From positions 32,001-96,000 of the forward strand of contig RDOB01000003.1 in the NCBI GenBank assembly GCA_011364965.1: DNA of 64,000 nucleotides, in the 5' to 3' direction. The notes under the pieces are model-generated. The model ran no database searches. It was not told where the DNA came from and was given only the letters and a program-made list of their open reading frames with translations. Both the position numbers and the translations under genes were made by a program. The DNA is from Candidatus Heimdallarchaeota archaeon. Its GTDB lineage: Archaea > Asgardarchaeota > Heimdallarchaeia > Hodarchaeales > Hodarchaeaceae. Below are positions 1 to 10,720 of this stretch, piece after piece (the first letter of the stretch is position 1; the number at the start of each line of letters is the position of its first letter).

Positions 1-318
1 TCCAAGAATAAATGTTAAGGGTTGATAGGTTTGAATAAGGAACAGTCCTAAATAACTCCAGATATAAGCACCAACAATCATTGCTGTAAGAAAGGACGCA
101 AGTACACCCCCAGTGAGAGCAGATACCCACTTCAATATCATGGGGCGTGTAGCATATATTTCCTGCCCATTTTCGCCTTGGGTGCTCTTATTCATTATGC
201 GAAAGACGGTAAGTGGCATTACTGGAAATAAGCATGGGGAAAGGGCAATATATAATCCAGCGAAAAAGAATAACGGTAAACCGATAGAGTTATCGATCTC
301 TATTCCATAGAATTGCAT
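1..318 (-). CDS. ccdA: CcdA/DsbD-type cytochrome c biogenesis / thiol-disulfide transmembrane electron transporter (3' end runs off the window)
   Basis: Not in the ORF track. Manual translation from ATG at 318 gives MQFYGIEIDNSIGLPLFFFAGLYIALSPCLFPVMPLTVF..., open to position 1. It has the CcdA 'LSPCxxPxxP' motif and hydrophobic helices, and lies directly downstream of a TlpA thioredoxin. Confidence 0.8.
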   Translation of the reverse strand, partial: MQFYGIEIDNSIGLPLFFFAGLYIALSPCLFPVMPLTVFRIMNKSTQGENGQEIYATRPMILKWVSALTGGVLASFLTAMIVGAYIWSYLGLFLIQTYQPLTFILG

Positions 319-410
319 AAGAAATCAACTTAAAACTGTTTGGAACGTAAATAAATCAAATGAGTGATTTTTCCTTTACCTTCAAATCATTTGGGATCAA
401 AACTTACAAA

Positions 411-1070
411 TTAACCGTCAGAAATCCATTGAGCTAAGGTCTCATAATAAACGACACCCTGATAATATTGTGTTAATTCTCCGTCTGAATTGATAAATGC
501 CACTGTAGGTATACTTGTAGCAGAGAAAAGTTGTCCTCCTCTCTGTGTGATATCACGCCCTACAACCCAGTTCATGCCATTTGTATCCTTATAGGCTATA
601 AGAGAAGGAATATTATCATTAAGGTCAACTGAAACTGATATGATTCTCACAGAGGGAAAAGAGGCCTTGATAGATTGCAATTCTGCGATTTGTGTTTTAC
701 ATGGAGTGCACCATGTTGCGAATAAATCTAAGATAATTGGATTTCCTTCATAATCAGATAACCACACTTCACTTTCGTCTAGTAGCTGTATTTTAAAATC
801 TAAGTCACTTAAATTTGAATTATCGATAGAAGTAGGTCCCAATAAAGGAATATTCCCTAATACAATAGCTGCAAATCCAATAACTGTGATAATTACTATC
901 ATACCGAAAATCTTAGCCAATGGAAAGGCTGAGTAAGACTTTGGGTTTGATTCGTGCCTTTTCTTTTGAAGAGAGTCAATTGATGCCAAGATATCTTCAA
1001 TACCCTCATTTTTCCCTTCTCCTGCATCAGGGATTTCTTTTACTTGTATTCTTCTTGGACGACGAGACAT
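411..1070 (-). CDS. Membrane-anchored TlpA/ResA-like thioredoxin-fold disulfide reductase
   Basis: One TM helix followed by DLFATWCTPCK (WCxxC) and the cis-Pro motif SIPT; adjacent to ccdA. Confidence 0.85.
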   Translation of the reverse strand: MSRRPRRIQVKEIPDAGEGKNEGIEDILASIDSLQKKRHESNPKSYSAFPLAKIFGMIVIITVIGFAAIVLGNIPLLGPTSIDNSNLSDLDFKIQLLDESEVWLSDYEGNPIILDLFATWCTPCKTQIAELQSIKASFPSVRIISVSVDLNDNIPSLIAYKDTNGMNWVVGRDITQRGGQLFSATSIPTVAFINSDGELTQYYQGVVYYETLAQWISDG

Positions 1071-1181
1071 ACAGACACACCCTTAATTTGAAAAAAACGA
1101 GCTGAAAAAAATTTTTATCTTTGATTATACGAAATCCAGCATTTCTAATGAAAAAAATGAATGAATTTTAAGTTATTTTGT

Positions 1182-1433
1182 TCACTTTCTTTTGTTTTCG
1201 AATTCCTTGTGAATATTTTTCCAATACCTTGGCAATATGCTCATTTTAGGGAAGAATGCAGTGGAAAATGTAATATAAAAGAGGATTAATGTAGTATTAC
1301 CGATTATTGCACATAATCGTAAAGAGAGGTAGATCAAATCTCCTCCATGGGATTCTGAATGTATTAAGACGATGGTGAATATTTAAAATAATAGTGTACC
1401 AAGTATAATCCCAATTGCTTTGAATTTAACCCC
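1182..1433 (-). pseudogene. Possible decayed membrane-protein gene (ferric-reductase-like TM remnant)
   Basis: Minus-strand frame reads GVKFKAIGIILGTLLF*IFTIVLIH...IYLSLRLCAIIGNTTLILFYITFSTAFFPKMSILPRYWKNIHKEFENKRK* with an internal TAA at 1383-1385. It is hydrophobic and ends in a 'WxxIH' motif. Confidence 0.3.
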
Positions 1434-1719
1434 TTAAAAAGCTCCTTGCACAAGAAAAGATTTACTCCCGGTTATTTATAAGATTAAAAATGAATCTTTT
1501 CAAATTCATCTATAAAGGAAACTGAAAATAATATAAATATAGCTCGAATCAAAAAAAAGATTATACGTAGTAGTTCTGAAGGAAGGTTTAAACTTGGATT
1601 TAATATAACGATGAATTTTTTAATCCTCATCAATTTAAAGATATATTAAGATAGTTAACCAAAATACTCTAAGGATTGAATAAGCTTTCCTTCATGAAAC
1701 TAACAAGAGGATCTGTATT

Positions 1720-3084
1720 ATGAGTGCACTCATTTCCGAACCTAAGGCATTAAAAACTCCCAGTGAGAAAATTCAAAGACCATTCAAACACTTTATGAAA
1801 ACTGAGCAGTTCAGTGGAATCTTATTAATAATTTGTACACTTCTAGCCTTAATCTTTGCAAATTCTCCCTTATCTGAAAATTATTTTCTTATTTGGGAAA
1901 CCAATTTCTCTATATCACTAGGTGGCCTATCATTAAGCAAACCTATTCACTTATGGATCAACGATGGATTAATGGCAATTTTTTTCTTTGTTGTAGGGTT
2001 AGAGATAAAGCGTGAATTAATGGTAGGAGAACTAAATACTCTTAAAAAAGCAACACTCCCTGTTTCAGCTGCAATCGGAGGAATGCTCTTTCCTGCTTTT
2101 ATATACTTGATTATTAATATCAATAATCCAGCAGGGATGCGTGGATGGGGGATTCCCATGGCTACTGATATAGCATTCGTAATAGGGGTGTTAGCAATCT
2201 TGGGTCCAAAAGTACCCCTTTCACTAAAAGTTTTTCTCACCAGTCTTGCTATTGTTGATGATATTGGAGCAGTGTTAGTCATCGCTTTATTCTATTCCAA
2301 CAGTATTCGAGTAGAGTTTTTAATAGCTGCAGTGGTAGTATTAGCTATTTTAATTATCATTAATCGCTTAGATATCAATAATCCAATCCTTTTTGGAATA
2401 TTAGGAATTTTAACATGGTATTGTATATTTAATAGCGGAGTACATGCAACTATAGCAGGAATCTTGGTCGCATTCACAATCCCTGCGCGGATTAAAGTTG
2501 ATACAAAGGAATTTATTGAAAGGAGTGAGCTACTTATATCACGCTTTAAAGCTGCAGGAGAAAGAGACAAAGAGATATTACTTAATAGACAACAGTTGGC
2601 TGCATTAAAAACACTAGAACTAGCTTGTGTACAAGTAGAAACTCCTTTACAGCGTTTTGAGAGACTTCTTCATTCATGGGTAGCTTATCTAATCATGCCC
2701 CTTTTTGTTTTCGCAAATGCAGGCATAAAAATTGAGAATATCCAACTCGATGTTTTTTTTCACCCAGTAACGCTTGGGGTTATCCTTGGTCTTGCGATTG
2801 GAAAACAACTAGGAATATTCACTTTAAGTTATTTATCTGTGCATTTTCGATTAACGGAATTACCTTCGGGTGTAACTTGGAGACATATCTATGGTGGAGC
2901 ATTGCTAGGCGGAATAGGGTTTACTATGTCACTATTCATCTCAAGTCTTGCACTTATTAATCCAATAAATATCATTGCAGCAAAAACTGGAATAATTCTA
3001 GGATCATTGATTTCTGGATCAATAGGGTACTATTTACTTGATAAGAATTTCAAGGATAAACAAAAAGCTTACTCTGCGCCATAA
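1720..3084 (+). CDS. nhaA: Na+/H+ antiporter NhaA
   Basis: HLWINDGLMAIFFFVVGLEIKRE, GWGIPMATDIAF, LAIVDD, SGVHATIAG and GIGFTMSLFI are NhaA signature motifs. Confidence 0.95.
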   Translation: MSALISEPKALKTPSEKIQRPFKHFMKTEQFSGILLIICTLLALIFANSPLSENYFLIWETNFSISLGGLSLSKPIHLWINDGLMAIFFFVVGLEIKRELMVGELNTLKKATLPVSAAIGGMLFPAFIYLIININNPAGMRGWGIPMATDIAFVIGVLAILGPKVPLSLKVFLTSLAIVDDIGAVLVIALFYSNSIRVEFLIAAVVVLAILIIINRLDINNPILFGILGILTWYCIFNSGVHATIAGILVAFTIPARIKVDTKEFIERSELLISRFKAAGERDKEILLNRQQLAALKTLELACVQVETPLQRFERLLHSWVAYLIMPLFVFANAGIKIENIQLDVFFHPVTLGVILGLAIGKQLGIFTLSYLSVHFRLTELPSGVTWRHIYGGALLGGIGFTMSLFISSLALINPINIIAAKTGIILGSLISGSIGYYLLDKNFKDKQKAYSAP

Positions 3085-3104
3085 AATCCCCTTTCGGATT
3101 TTCT

Positions 3105-3857
3105 TTACCAATAGAGATCTTTCGCAGAAACATACTCTTGCGTATAATTTTCTACTACTTCACCATCAGATAAACGGATAACACGATCTCCTAGGGGACA
3201 TATTGCTTCATTATGAGTCACTATTATGACAGTTCGGTTTTGTTCCTTACCCGTCATAGCTTCCATTATTTCAAGAATCTGACGACCTATTTTAAAGTCT
3301 AGATTCCCAGTGGGCTCATCAGCTAGAAGGATTTCGGGTTCTTTGGCTAATGCTCTTGCAATCGACACTCGTTGTTGCTCTCCACCAGATAACTGAGCAG
3401 GAAAATGATGAAGTCGATCTCCTAATCCTACTTTATCAAGATATTCGCTTGCTTTTTCTCGAATAATTTTGGACCTAAAAGACACAGAGCTCTCATCTCT
3501 AGGATTAGTTCTTACCCCCACAAGTTCTATTGCATACTCCACATTTTCTAATGCTGTTAGACGACTTATCAGGTTAAAAAATTGAAATACTACTCCAATC
3601 TTCTTTCTTCTATAAACTGTAAGCCATTTTGCTGATAAAGTAGATATAGGAATCTCACTAACTGTCACCTTCCCAGCTGTAGGAATATCGAGTCCCCCGA
3701 TCATATTCATAAGTGTTGTTTTCCCCGCTCCTGAAGGTCCATAAATAATTACTAGTTCTCCCTTCTCAATATCTAGACTTACTCCATTTAAGGCTTTTGT
3801 AATAGTTTCTCCAAGACGATATTCCTTTTGAACATCTCTTAGTGTTATAAGTGCCAT
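3105..3857 (-). CDS. ABC transporter ATP-binding protein, LolD/MacB-like
   Basis: [38 protein letters not shown]. Confidence 0.93.
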   Translation of the reverse strand: MALITLRDVQKEYRLGETITKALNGVSLDIEKGELVIIYGPSGAGKTTLMNMIGGLDIPTAGKVTVSEIPISTLSAKWLTVYRRKKIGVVFQFFNLISRLTALENVEYAIELVGVRTNPRDESSVSFRSKIIREKASEYLDKVGLGDRLHHFPAQLSGGEQQRVSIARALAKEPEILLADEPTGNLDFKIGRQILEIMEAMTGKEQNRTVIIVTHNEAICPLGDRVIRLSDGEVVENYTQEYVSAKDLYW

Positions 3858-3870
3858 TCTTTTTAACCTC

Positions 3871-6423
3871 CTAGACTACTCGCTCCTTCGTTGCTTCTGC
3901 GAGATTTAGGTTAAGCGCTCTTCTAAGAGGGAAATACTCTGCAAATAACACACCTAATAAAGTAAGGAAGAAGCTAAAGAATCGAGTATTATCACTCATA
4001 AATATGATAATTCGGAAAAATTCCATATCTAAAACAACAGCCATAAAAAACCATAATAAAAACCATCCAAAGATTAAACCGAAAAAGGAACCAATTATTG
4101 TTATCACAGTATTTTCGATTGTAATATTTCGAATAATATGGCGATTGGGTGTTCCAATAGTGAGAAGTGTCGCTAATTCTCTTTCTTGTTCCTGAAGATT
4201 AATATATACCGTATTATATACCATAGCAACGGCAAGAAGAACAGCGAATAATGCAATGACATACATTACCCAATATAACGCCTCTAATAATCCTAATAAA
4301 TCGGAACTTTGTTCTGCTTTTGTATAAATATTTCTAATATTATAGTTATATCGTGTGTATATTTCAGACCTTACATATTCTAAATTTGTGTCTGTTGGAT
4401 CATCCAGTTGGATTAATATTGTGTTTGCAGGAGATCCTGGGAAATTGCTAACTTCTACTAATCGGTTCAACCCTATATAGGTAACTAATCCATTAAATTC
4501 GTCAACAAGACCTGAAACTCGAAAAGAGACATTAATCATTTCGAAATGCGCTCTCAGAGGCGCTGTGCTTACCAAACTTGTCAATCTTGGAATCTCAAGT
4601 TGGACTTCATCCCCTACTTTAACTCTTAATTTTTCTGCAATGGGTACAGTAAGAACAACACCTTCAGGGTCAAATTCACCTCTTGGTTTGGTATTAATAA
4701 ATCTAAAAGTATGACCCAAATATCCATCTGACTCATTGATGCCAATTAGCTGTGTTGTTTTACTCACCGATGATTTTGCTGAAGTTAATGTAGCTCCAGA
4801 TAAAAGATGATATGTAGAATTCGAGACACCATCGATATTATTCCTTATTGCTTGCGAAATAACTGAAGTATTAGTAGGCACTTCACTAAAATCAAGTTTC
4901 AAATCCCAATCTTCAACTATTGTATATTGTACTCTAAGGCCATAATCCATTGATTCCATCATGCCCCATGCCATACTGATAATAGAAACAGAGATTATAA
5001 CAGCGAAAACAGATGAAAATGTTCTACGCTTGCTTCTAAAAAAGTTCCTCAATGGAAGACGAAATCCTGTCACACGAAAACGAATATGGAATTTATTGAG
5101 AAATTTCTCTGCAAAAGAAATTCTTCCAGCTATTATATGACGTGATGGATCAAAACGTAAACTTTCCGCGGGTAAAGCTTGAATAGCACTTTTAACTGGA
5201 AAGTAACCCCCAATAAATCCCGTGATCAGACCAAGGAAAATACCAACAATTACTAATTCCCATTCAAAAGTAACTACGGCAGGAAATTGGATCGAAATAA
5301 CTTTAACATAAGTAGGACTGAAAACACCGGAAAGAGCAACACCAAATATGGTGCCAATCAATGTTCCCACAATCGAAACAACAATAGCAATTCCTAGGTA
5401 TTGTTTAATTATGGCGTTTCTACTATAACCAAGTGCTTGCGATACACCGATATCTTTTCTTTCAGCAACAACCATTCGCCCTAAAAGAATATATAATCCT
5501 CCACAAGCCATACCTAGAAGAAGTATGGGAAGCATTATTCCCATTTCTCTCGCTTCTTCGATATCTAATTTTAGCAAGTAATAGGATACTTGATCATCAA
5601 AATCAATAGGTTCACCCATTTTAAGTCCTTTTTCATCTTCAAGGAATTTTTTCAAGTCACTCGCAACTTGTTCCCGCTGTGACTTGGATAATATGTCGTT
5701 TAATTTTACAGATATTTCGTTTACCTTGCCTTCTACATTTAAAACGCCTTGAGCAGTTCTTAAAGGCATGAATATTACTCCGAACCGTCGGGGACTAGGT
5801 AAGATATCAGCATAGGATCCCATGTTCATTAAGTATTCAGGTGAAGCAATTGTACCAAGTATTTGAAAAGAAATATAATTATCTCCAACTTCAATAAACT
5901 CATTGGGTTCAAGTTTCCAATATTCAGCAAGATGACCTTCAACCATACAAACATTCCGGTATTCACTTGTTTGAGAGAACCCATTGCCACTTAAAAGTCT
6001 ATAACCATTTACAGAGGGCTGAGAACGAAATGTACCCGTCTTATCTGTCGTATTAAATGCAACAATCCTACCATTCTGTTGATTACCACGAACTCGAAAA
6101 GCTGTATCGTAAACTATTCTTACTTCGAAGTCCTCTACATCTGAACCAGCCTCTGTATTACTAAATTCATTCATTATCCTTGTTAGGTTGGAATAATCAA
6201 TCCAAGCATCGCTTCCTGACCCAGAGGGATTTGCAGTCTGTAAAGTAAAGCTAGCCATTGCATGCTTTTTGAAAGCTCCAGTGTATGTACTATCCAAATG
6301 GACAAATGCAGAGATCATTACATGTGCAGCCATTACGCCTGTAGCAATTACAAGAGCAATCATTAAGAATCTTAATTTATGAGCCATAATAGCTCTGTAT
6401 ATGTTTTTAGTTGTTTTTGCCAT
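3871..6423 (-). CDS. FtsX/MacB-family ABC permease with two tandem FtsX repeats
   Basis: 850 aa with two TM-ectodomain-3TM units, each with an ERxE/DIG/ELA motif ([15 protein letters not shown]; [14 protein letters not shown]); flanked by LolD-like ATPases. Confidence 0.9.
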   Translation of the reverse strand: MAKTTKNIYRAIMAHKLRFLMIALVIATGVMAAHVMISAFVHLDSTYTGAFKKHAMASFTLQTANPSGSGSDAWIDYSNLTRIMNEFSNTEAGSDVEDFEVRIVYDTAFRVRGNQQNGRIVAFNTTDKTGTFRSQPSVNGYRLLSGNGFSQTSEYRNVCMVEGHLAEYWKLEPNEFIEVGDNYISFQILGTIASPEYLMNMGSYADILPSPRRFGVIFMPLRTAQGVLNVEGKVNEISVKLNDILSKSQREQVASDLKKFLEDEKGLKMGEPIDFDDQVSYYLLKLDIEEAREMGIMLPILLLGMACGGLYILLGRMVVAERKDIGVSQALGYSRNAIIKQYLGIAIVVSIVGTLIGTIFGVALSGVFSPTYVKVISIQFPAVVTFEWELVIVGIFLGLITGFIGGYFPVKSAIQALPAESLRFDPSRHIIAGRISFAEKFLNKFHIRFRVTGFRLPLRNFFRSKRRTFSSVFAVIISVSIISMAWGMMESMDYGLRVQYTIVEDWDLKLDFSEVPTNTSVISQAIRNNIDGVSNSTYHLLSGATLTSAKSSVSKTTQLIGINESDGYLGHTFRFINTKPRGEFDPEGVVLTVPIAEKLRVKVGDEVQLEIPRLTSLVSTAPLRAHFEMINVSFRVSGLVDEFNGLVTYIGLNRLVEVSNFPGSPANTILIQLDDPTDTNLEYVRSEIYTRYNYNIRNIYTKAEQSSDLLGLLEALYWVMYVIALFAVLLAVAMVYNTVYINLQEQERELATLLTIGTPNRHIIRNITIENTVITIIGSFFGLIFGWFLLWFFMAVVLDMEFFRIIIFMSDNTRFFSFFLTLLGVLFAEYFPLRRALNLNLAEATKERVV

Positions 6424-6429
6424 TTACTT

Positions 6430-7155
6430 TCACCATGTAATTTCCATTGCATCTACTGGTTTTTGGGGAGTAATAGAGTCAATTGTTCCAGATCGAAGAG
6501 AAATAACTAAATCTGCGATTTCTGAGATCTTTCTATTATGCGTAACCAGTACTGTTAGTGTATCCGGCCTCGTACGTACTAATTTTTGGATAGTAGCTAA
6601 TACTAATCTCCCCTCTTTCACTGAGAGTTCCCCAGTTGGTTCATCACAGAGAAGGAGTTTGGGTTCTTTTGCTAACGCACGAGCTGCTGCTACTCGCTGT
6701 TGTTCCCCCCCGGATAATTGTGATGGAAACATATCTTTTTTTTCATATAATCCAACTGCTTTCAGATATTCCTCCGCTTTTAATCGAGTTTCATTTCGTG
6801 ATCGTTTTTGGGAAAGTTCCACAGCATATTCCACATTTTCTAATGCGGAATAGACGGGTAGGAGGTTAAAAAATTGGAAGATGAACCCCACATGTTTACG
6901 ACGAAATCTGGAAAGTTTTCTTTTGCCAAATCTGGTAATTTCTTTACCTGCTATGCATATTTTTCCCTCACATTTATCAATACCACCTAATACATTTAAT
7001 AAAGTGGTTTTACCAGACCCTGATGGGCCTAAACATACTACTAAGTTACCAGATTCTAGCTTCAGTGAGATATTTTTGAGTGCATAGATTTTAGAATGCC
7101 CCATTTGGTAAACTCGTTGTACATTTTCCAGTTCGACTAAACTCATGAGGTTCAC
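6430..7155 (-). CDS. ABC transporter ATP-binding protein, LolD/MacB-like (second paralog)
   Basis: [32 protein letters not shown]. Confidence 0.92.
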   Translation of the reverse strand: MNLMSLVELENVQRVYQMGHSKIYALKNISLKLESGNLVVCLGPSGSGKTTLLNVLGGIDKCEGKICIAGKEITRFGKRKLSRFRRKHVGFIFQFFNLLPVYSALENVEYAVELSQKRSRNETRLKAEEYLKAVGLYEKKDMFPSQLSGGEQQRVAAARALAKEPKLLLCDEPTGELSVKEGRLVLATIQKLVRTRPDTLTVLVTHNRKISEIADLVISLRSGTIDSITPQKPVDAMEITW

Positions 7156-7173
7156 CCAATATTTCTTATGTTT

Positions 7174-7593
7174 TCACAATCCTGAGACTCCAGGATCCAC
7201 CTCTTTAACTACTTTGGTGCCAGCCTTCATGAAAAAGAATCTACGTAGATGCAATCGAAATTTGCGCCTTGTAGACTCATTTTCAGTTGTTACAACTTTC
7301 ATTCCAAAAAACATTTTTCCTACTGTCTGTCCATCGGTTAAAGCAGACATTAAGAAATGATAGATCGGAAAAAAGATAATGAACCACACGATAATTAAGT
7401 AGTCAAGAAATGGTTCAAGTTCGGCAGCATTTGGCAAAATAGCAGTCCATAAGATATCCCATTCAAGCAGTGCACCAAATTGTATTAAAATTGCTAAGAA
7501 AATTCCAACAATTATGTCGATAATCAATGCTGCAAATCGTAGAACTATTGATACTTCTTTGTATGAAATTCTTTCTTTTGACATAAAATACAT
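7174..7593 (-). CDS. RDD family membrane protein
   Basis: LRFAALIID and GQTVGKMFFGMKVV motifs. Confidence 0.85.
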   Translation of the reverse strand: MYFMSKERISYKEVSIVLRFAALIIDIIVGIFLAILIQFGALLEWDILWTAILPNAAELEPFLDYLIIVWFIIFFPIYHFLMSALTDGQTVGKMFFGMKVVTTENESTRRKFRLHLRRFFFMKAGTKVVKEVDPGVSGL

Positions 7594-7602
7594 ACCTCCA
7601 TT

Positions 7603-9648
7603 TTATATTATCTTTCTAGATAGTAATTTTCCTTTTTTAGTTCCAATTAAAGACAATATAGCCAATGAGATTACAACAAAAGGAAATTCAAATGAGGATA
7701 TCTGTCCTCCGCTTGGAACTACCTCTTTTGTTTTTGTTAATTCACCTGTATCTATCAAAACGAAATATGGAGCATATCCTTCATAAGTAGCCTCCCAAAC
7801 AAACTCTACTTCATTAAAATAGGTTTCCATATCTTTCCAACTAGCTTGGTCTTCACTCCAATAAATCCAGTGGTATACAGGAAAATTTGAAGTAGATCCA
7901 TTGATTGGGAGAGCTAAAGTCATAAAGATAATTGCATCTGGTTGTTGACAGCGAAATCTTACTGCATAAGATAAATTAATAACACTTTGGGGTAAGAACT
8001 CTTCGTGAACAATCGTGAAATTAAATGTTTGATCAATTTTTGAAGCTATAGTCAGATAAAACCATACTTCTCCCTGGTGATCTACAAAAGCAATTGAACG
8101 GGGAGTAAAAGCATTTAATTCCCAGTTCCAATTAAAAGAACTAGTATAGATTGAAAATAAATAAATGGATATGATAGTATTATTTGCTTCATCAATCAGA
8201 GTTAGATTTAATGAATAACTGCCATTTATTAATCCAAGATATTGTATTGTACGATTTATCCCCATATTAATAATATATTCTCTGGAATCGTTTGTTTCAA
8301 TTAATAGGGATTTTAACCTCGTTTTCTCGTCAACACTTATTTGGAAGATCACTTTTCCTTTTAAAACGCTATTATTTTGAAACCCATATATTTGGAAGGA
8401 AGGGGGAGTATTATCAACAATGAATACAAAAAGAGTGGAAACTTTTACTTGACTTACACTTTGTACAGAGACATTGAGTACATGAAGTCCTTCATTCATG
8501 GGAGCGGCAATGGTAGTGCCTTCTGGAACCGTTAAAGGTTCGTTACTATCCCAATTATATGTGAATGTACCATTTCCAGATTTGATATCTAATTCAACCC
8601 CTTTATTGCCTTGTATTTTGCTATTATTCTCAAGTTTAATTAATTCAATTGCTGGATAAGTATCATCAGTTATGAAAGTTAAATGAATTGTATTGGTAAT
8701 CGAAAGAGTATCAGTTGCAAAAATCATTAGATGGTGATCTGTTTCGCCAACAGGGAAAGTAGTAGTTATTAAGGAAGTAGAAGTTATGTTCTCTCCTTCA
8801 TCCCAGCTATATTTAACTTCGTTAACTTTGAATGGAGAATCCAACTCTATTTGAATAGTAGTTCCATTTGGACGTATTGTATTGTTACCCGGAGTCAAAC
8901 TAATCATACTAGGACCGATATAATCTTGAGGAAGGGAGGCAAATTCAGCAAGAGTTAGATTATACCAGAATGGGGTTACGTATGTAAAGTTTTGAGACAA
9001 AAATAACCCATCGGTTGAATATCTTGATATAATATCCCCAATATCAGGAACTGTAACGCTAATCTTCCATGCATCGAAACTTCCAATATTTTCTAGTTCA
9101 AAATTCTCATAGGAAACATAAAAGGTTGACTCCTCAATAATAAAAGAATATCCATCGTAGAAATCTGAAGGATTGATCCAAAAATCGAAAGTATTATATC
9201 TCATTCCCCACCACATGAAATACGGAGAAGCATGATAAAAATGTGAGACAGATGATCGATTCACAGAGGGATAAAAAGGAGATTCGTATTCAGGCGCAAC
9301 AGGAGGCCCTGCATCATTAGGTATTGAATAATCACACCTTACATCCCAATGAGTCTTGTTAAGAGATAAAATCGTTGTATTGAATATATTTCCATTCTCC
9401 CATTTCAGATTATATGGATTCCATATGTATTCTTGAACTGTTAAATTTGTATGAGGAAGGAATACAGTATTACTTTCAACTTCTCCGATAGAGTATGTTA
9501 ACCTGGATGAATCATATTCACCATCTATTGCTGAATTATAATTTGATTCTTCAGTGATAGAATATTGTAAATTAGTAAATGCTATTGATGCGATAAGTAT
9601 TCCTATAATAAGGTTGAATTTTATCTCCGATTGTCGAATTAGACCCAT
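7603..9648 (-). CDS. Secreted Ig-like/beta-rich surface glycoprotein with C-terminal sorting-type anchor
   Basis: N-terminal signal/TM, repeated 'DxTxP...YxWD' Ig-like modules, many NxS/T sites, C-terminal ISSFEF-hydrophobic-KKGK. Confidence 0.7.
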   Translation of the reverse strand: MGLIRQSEIKFNLIIGILIASIAFTNLQYSITEESNYNSAIDGEYDSSRLTYSIGEVESNTVFLPHTNLTVQEYIWNPYNLKWENGNIFNTTILSLNKTHWDVRCDYSIPNDAGPPVAPEYESPFYPSVNRSSVSHFYHASPYFMWWGMRYNTFDFWINPSDFYDGYSFIIEESTFYVSYENFELENIGSFDAWKISVTVPDIGDIISRYSTDGLFLSQNFTYVTPFWYNLTLAEFASLPQDYIGPSMISLTPGNNTIRPNGTTIQIELDSPFKVNEVKYSWDEGENITSTSLITTTFPVGETDHHLMIFATDTLSITNTIHLTFITDDTYPAIELIKLENNSKIQGNKGVELDIKSGNGTFTYNWDSNEPLTVPEGTTIAAPMNEGLHVLNVSVQSVSQVKVSTLFVFIVDNTPPSFQIYGFQNNSVLKGKVIFQISVDEKTRLKSLLIETNDSREYIINMGINRTIQYLGLINGSYSLNLTLIDEANNTIISIYLFSIYTSSFNWNWELNAFTPRSIAFVDHQGEVWFYLTIASKIDQTFNFTIVHEEFLPQSVINLSYAVRFRCQQPDAIIFMTLALPINGSTSNFPVYHWIYWSEDQASWKDMETYFNEVEFVWEATYEGYAPYFVLIDTGELTKTKEVVPSGGQISSFEFPFVVISLAILSLIGTKKGKLLSRKII

Positions 9649-9791
9649 TTGATCACCTTTAATAGCAGATTAGATGACATAGTGAATGTATCTTTTCCAA
9701 CTAGGTTTGAAGTAAGAAAAATTAAGAGCTAAAAAAAGGCTTCGTGTACAGTGTGTTTTTTGTGCACATCTATTTTTATAGGGACTAGAAT

Positions 9792-9968
9792 ATGAAGACA
9801 TCAACGATAACAATAAGATTACCTTTAGAGACAATAAAGGAAATCGAGCGTATGTCTAAAGTAACTAGACTTCGTCCATCTGTTCTTTGTGCATTCGTTC
9901 TCCAAGAGAAATTACATGAATGGGTTCAGGAATACTCAGAAGATCTTGCACGAGAATTAGGTGATTAA
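9792..9968 (+). CDS. Ribbon-helix-helix (CopG/Arc-like) DNA-binding protein, 58 aa
   Basis: Below the ORF-track cutoff. Translates as MKTSTITIRLPLETIKEIERMSKVTRLRPSVLCAFVLQEKLHEWVQEYSEDLARELGD*, an alternating beta-strand (TITIRL) plus two helices. The stop is 2 nt before the next ATG. Confidence 0.75.
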   Translation: MKTSTITIRLPLETIKEIERMSKVTRLRPSVLCAFVLQEKLHEWVQEYSEDLARELGD

Positions 9969-9970
9969 CC

Positions 9971-10720
9971 ATGGTAGACCTACTAATCCGATTTAGTGCG
10001 ATATTTTCGTTGATTGCAATGGGTCTTGTTTCAGCATATGGGTCAGTTCATTTTTTGAGATTATGGCAGAAATTTAAAGAAGAAGCGCTTTTCCATCTGG
10101 GAATCTTAGGTTTTGGTTTAATTTTTTATCTTTTATTCGTCGCTGGATTAATATATTTAAATCCAAACAAAGATACTATCTTAATTCTTATAAAGAGGAC
10201 GATTGGAATTATTTATTCGTTTCTATGTCTTGAGTTGAGTCTTTTCTATCTAACAGCCTTTGTTAATCGAAGAAGTATGTTCGAAAAATACATTCCATTT
10301 ATTGTTGGTATTACATCGGGAATGGCTATAGCTTTGGTGGGAATGCAAGAAACTAATCCATGGTTTGAGATTATTCTGTTTGTAGAATATTTTTTACCGT
10401 TTATATTTTTAGTGGGACTTGTTATACGGATATCACGTGGAGCAGTGGAAATACTGGGAGATAAAAGAATTTCTCCACAGGATAGACGGTTCATTAAAGC
10501 ATTGCTCATTACAGCTATAGTAATGTTTATTTCAGCCATTGGAGATCTTGTTTTCTTCGGAATTTTTATATTTATTACCATCAATATCTGGGATTTTGTC
10601 ATTACCTTTAGCGCGGTGATAGGACCATTCGTAGCAATTCTTTTCCTTAGCTTAGTAAGAAGGGTATTTATAGATATAGAAGAAGCTGATGTTGTGCACC
10701 TGATGAATTTAATAAGTTAA
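9971..10720 (+). CDS. Hypothetical ~7-TM membrane protein (receptor-like)
   Basis: About seven hydrophobic helices, no catalytic motif; closely follows the RHH gene. Confidence 0.7.
   Translation: MVDLLIRFSAIFSLIAMGLVSAYGSVHFLRLWQKFKEEALFHLGILGFGLIFYLLFVAGLIYLNPNKDTILILIKRTIGIIYSFLCLELSLFYLTAFVNRRSMFEKYIPFIVGITSGMAIALVGMQETNPWFEIILFVEYFLPFIFLVGLVIRISRGAVEILGDKRISPQDRRFIKALLITAIVMFISAIGDLVFFGIFIFITINIWDFVITFSAVIGPFVAILFLSLVRRVFIDIEEADVVHLMNLIS

Noticed and set aside
113-310. 65-aa plus-strand ORF
   Set aside because: Antisense shadow of the ccdA frame, which has a recognisable motif.
9971-10720. 7-TM protein as a rhodopsin
   Set aside because: No retinal-binding Lys motif (DxxxK or SxxxK) in the last helix.
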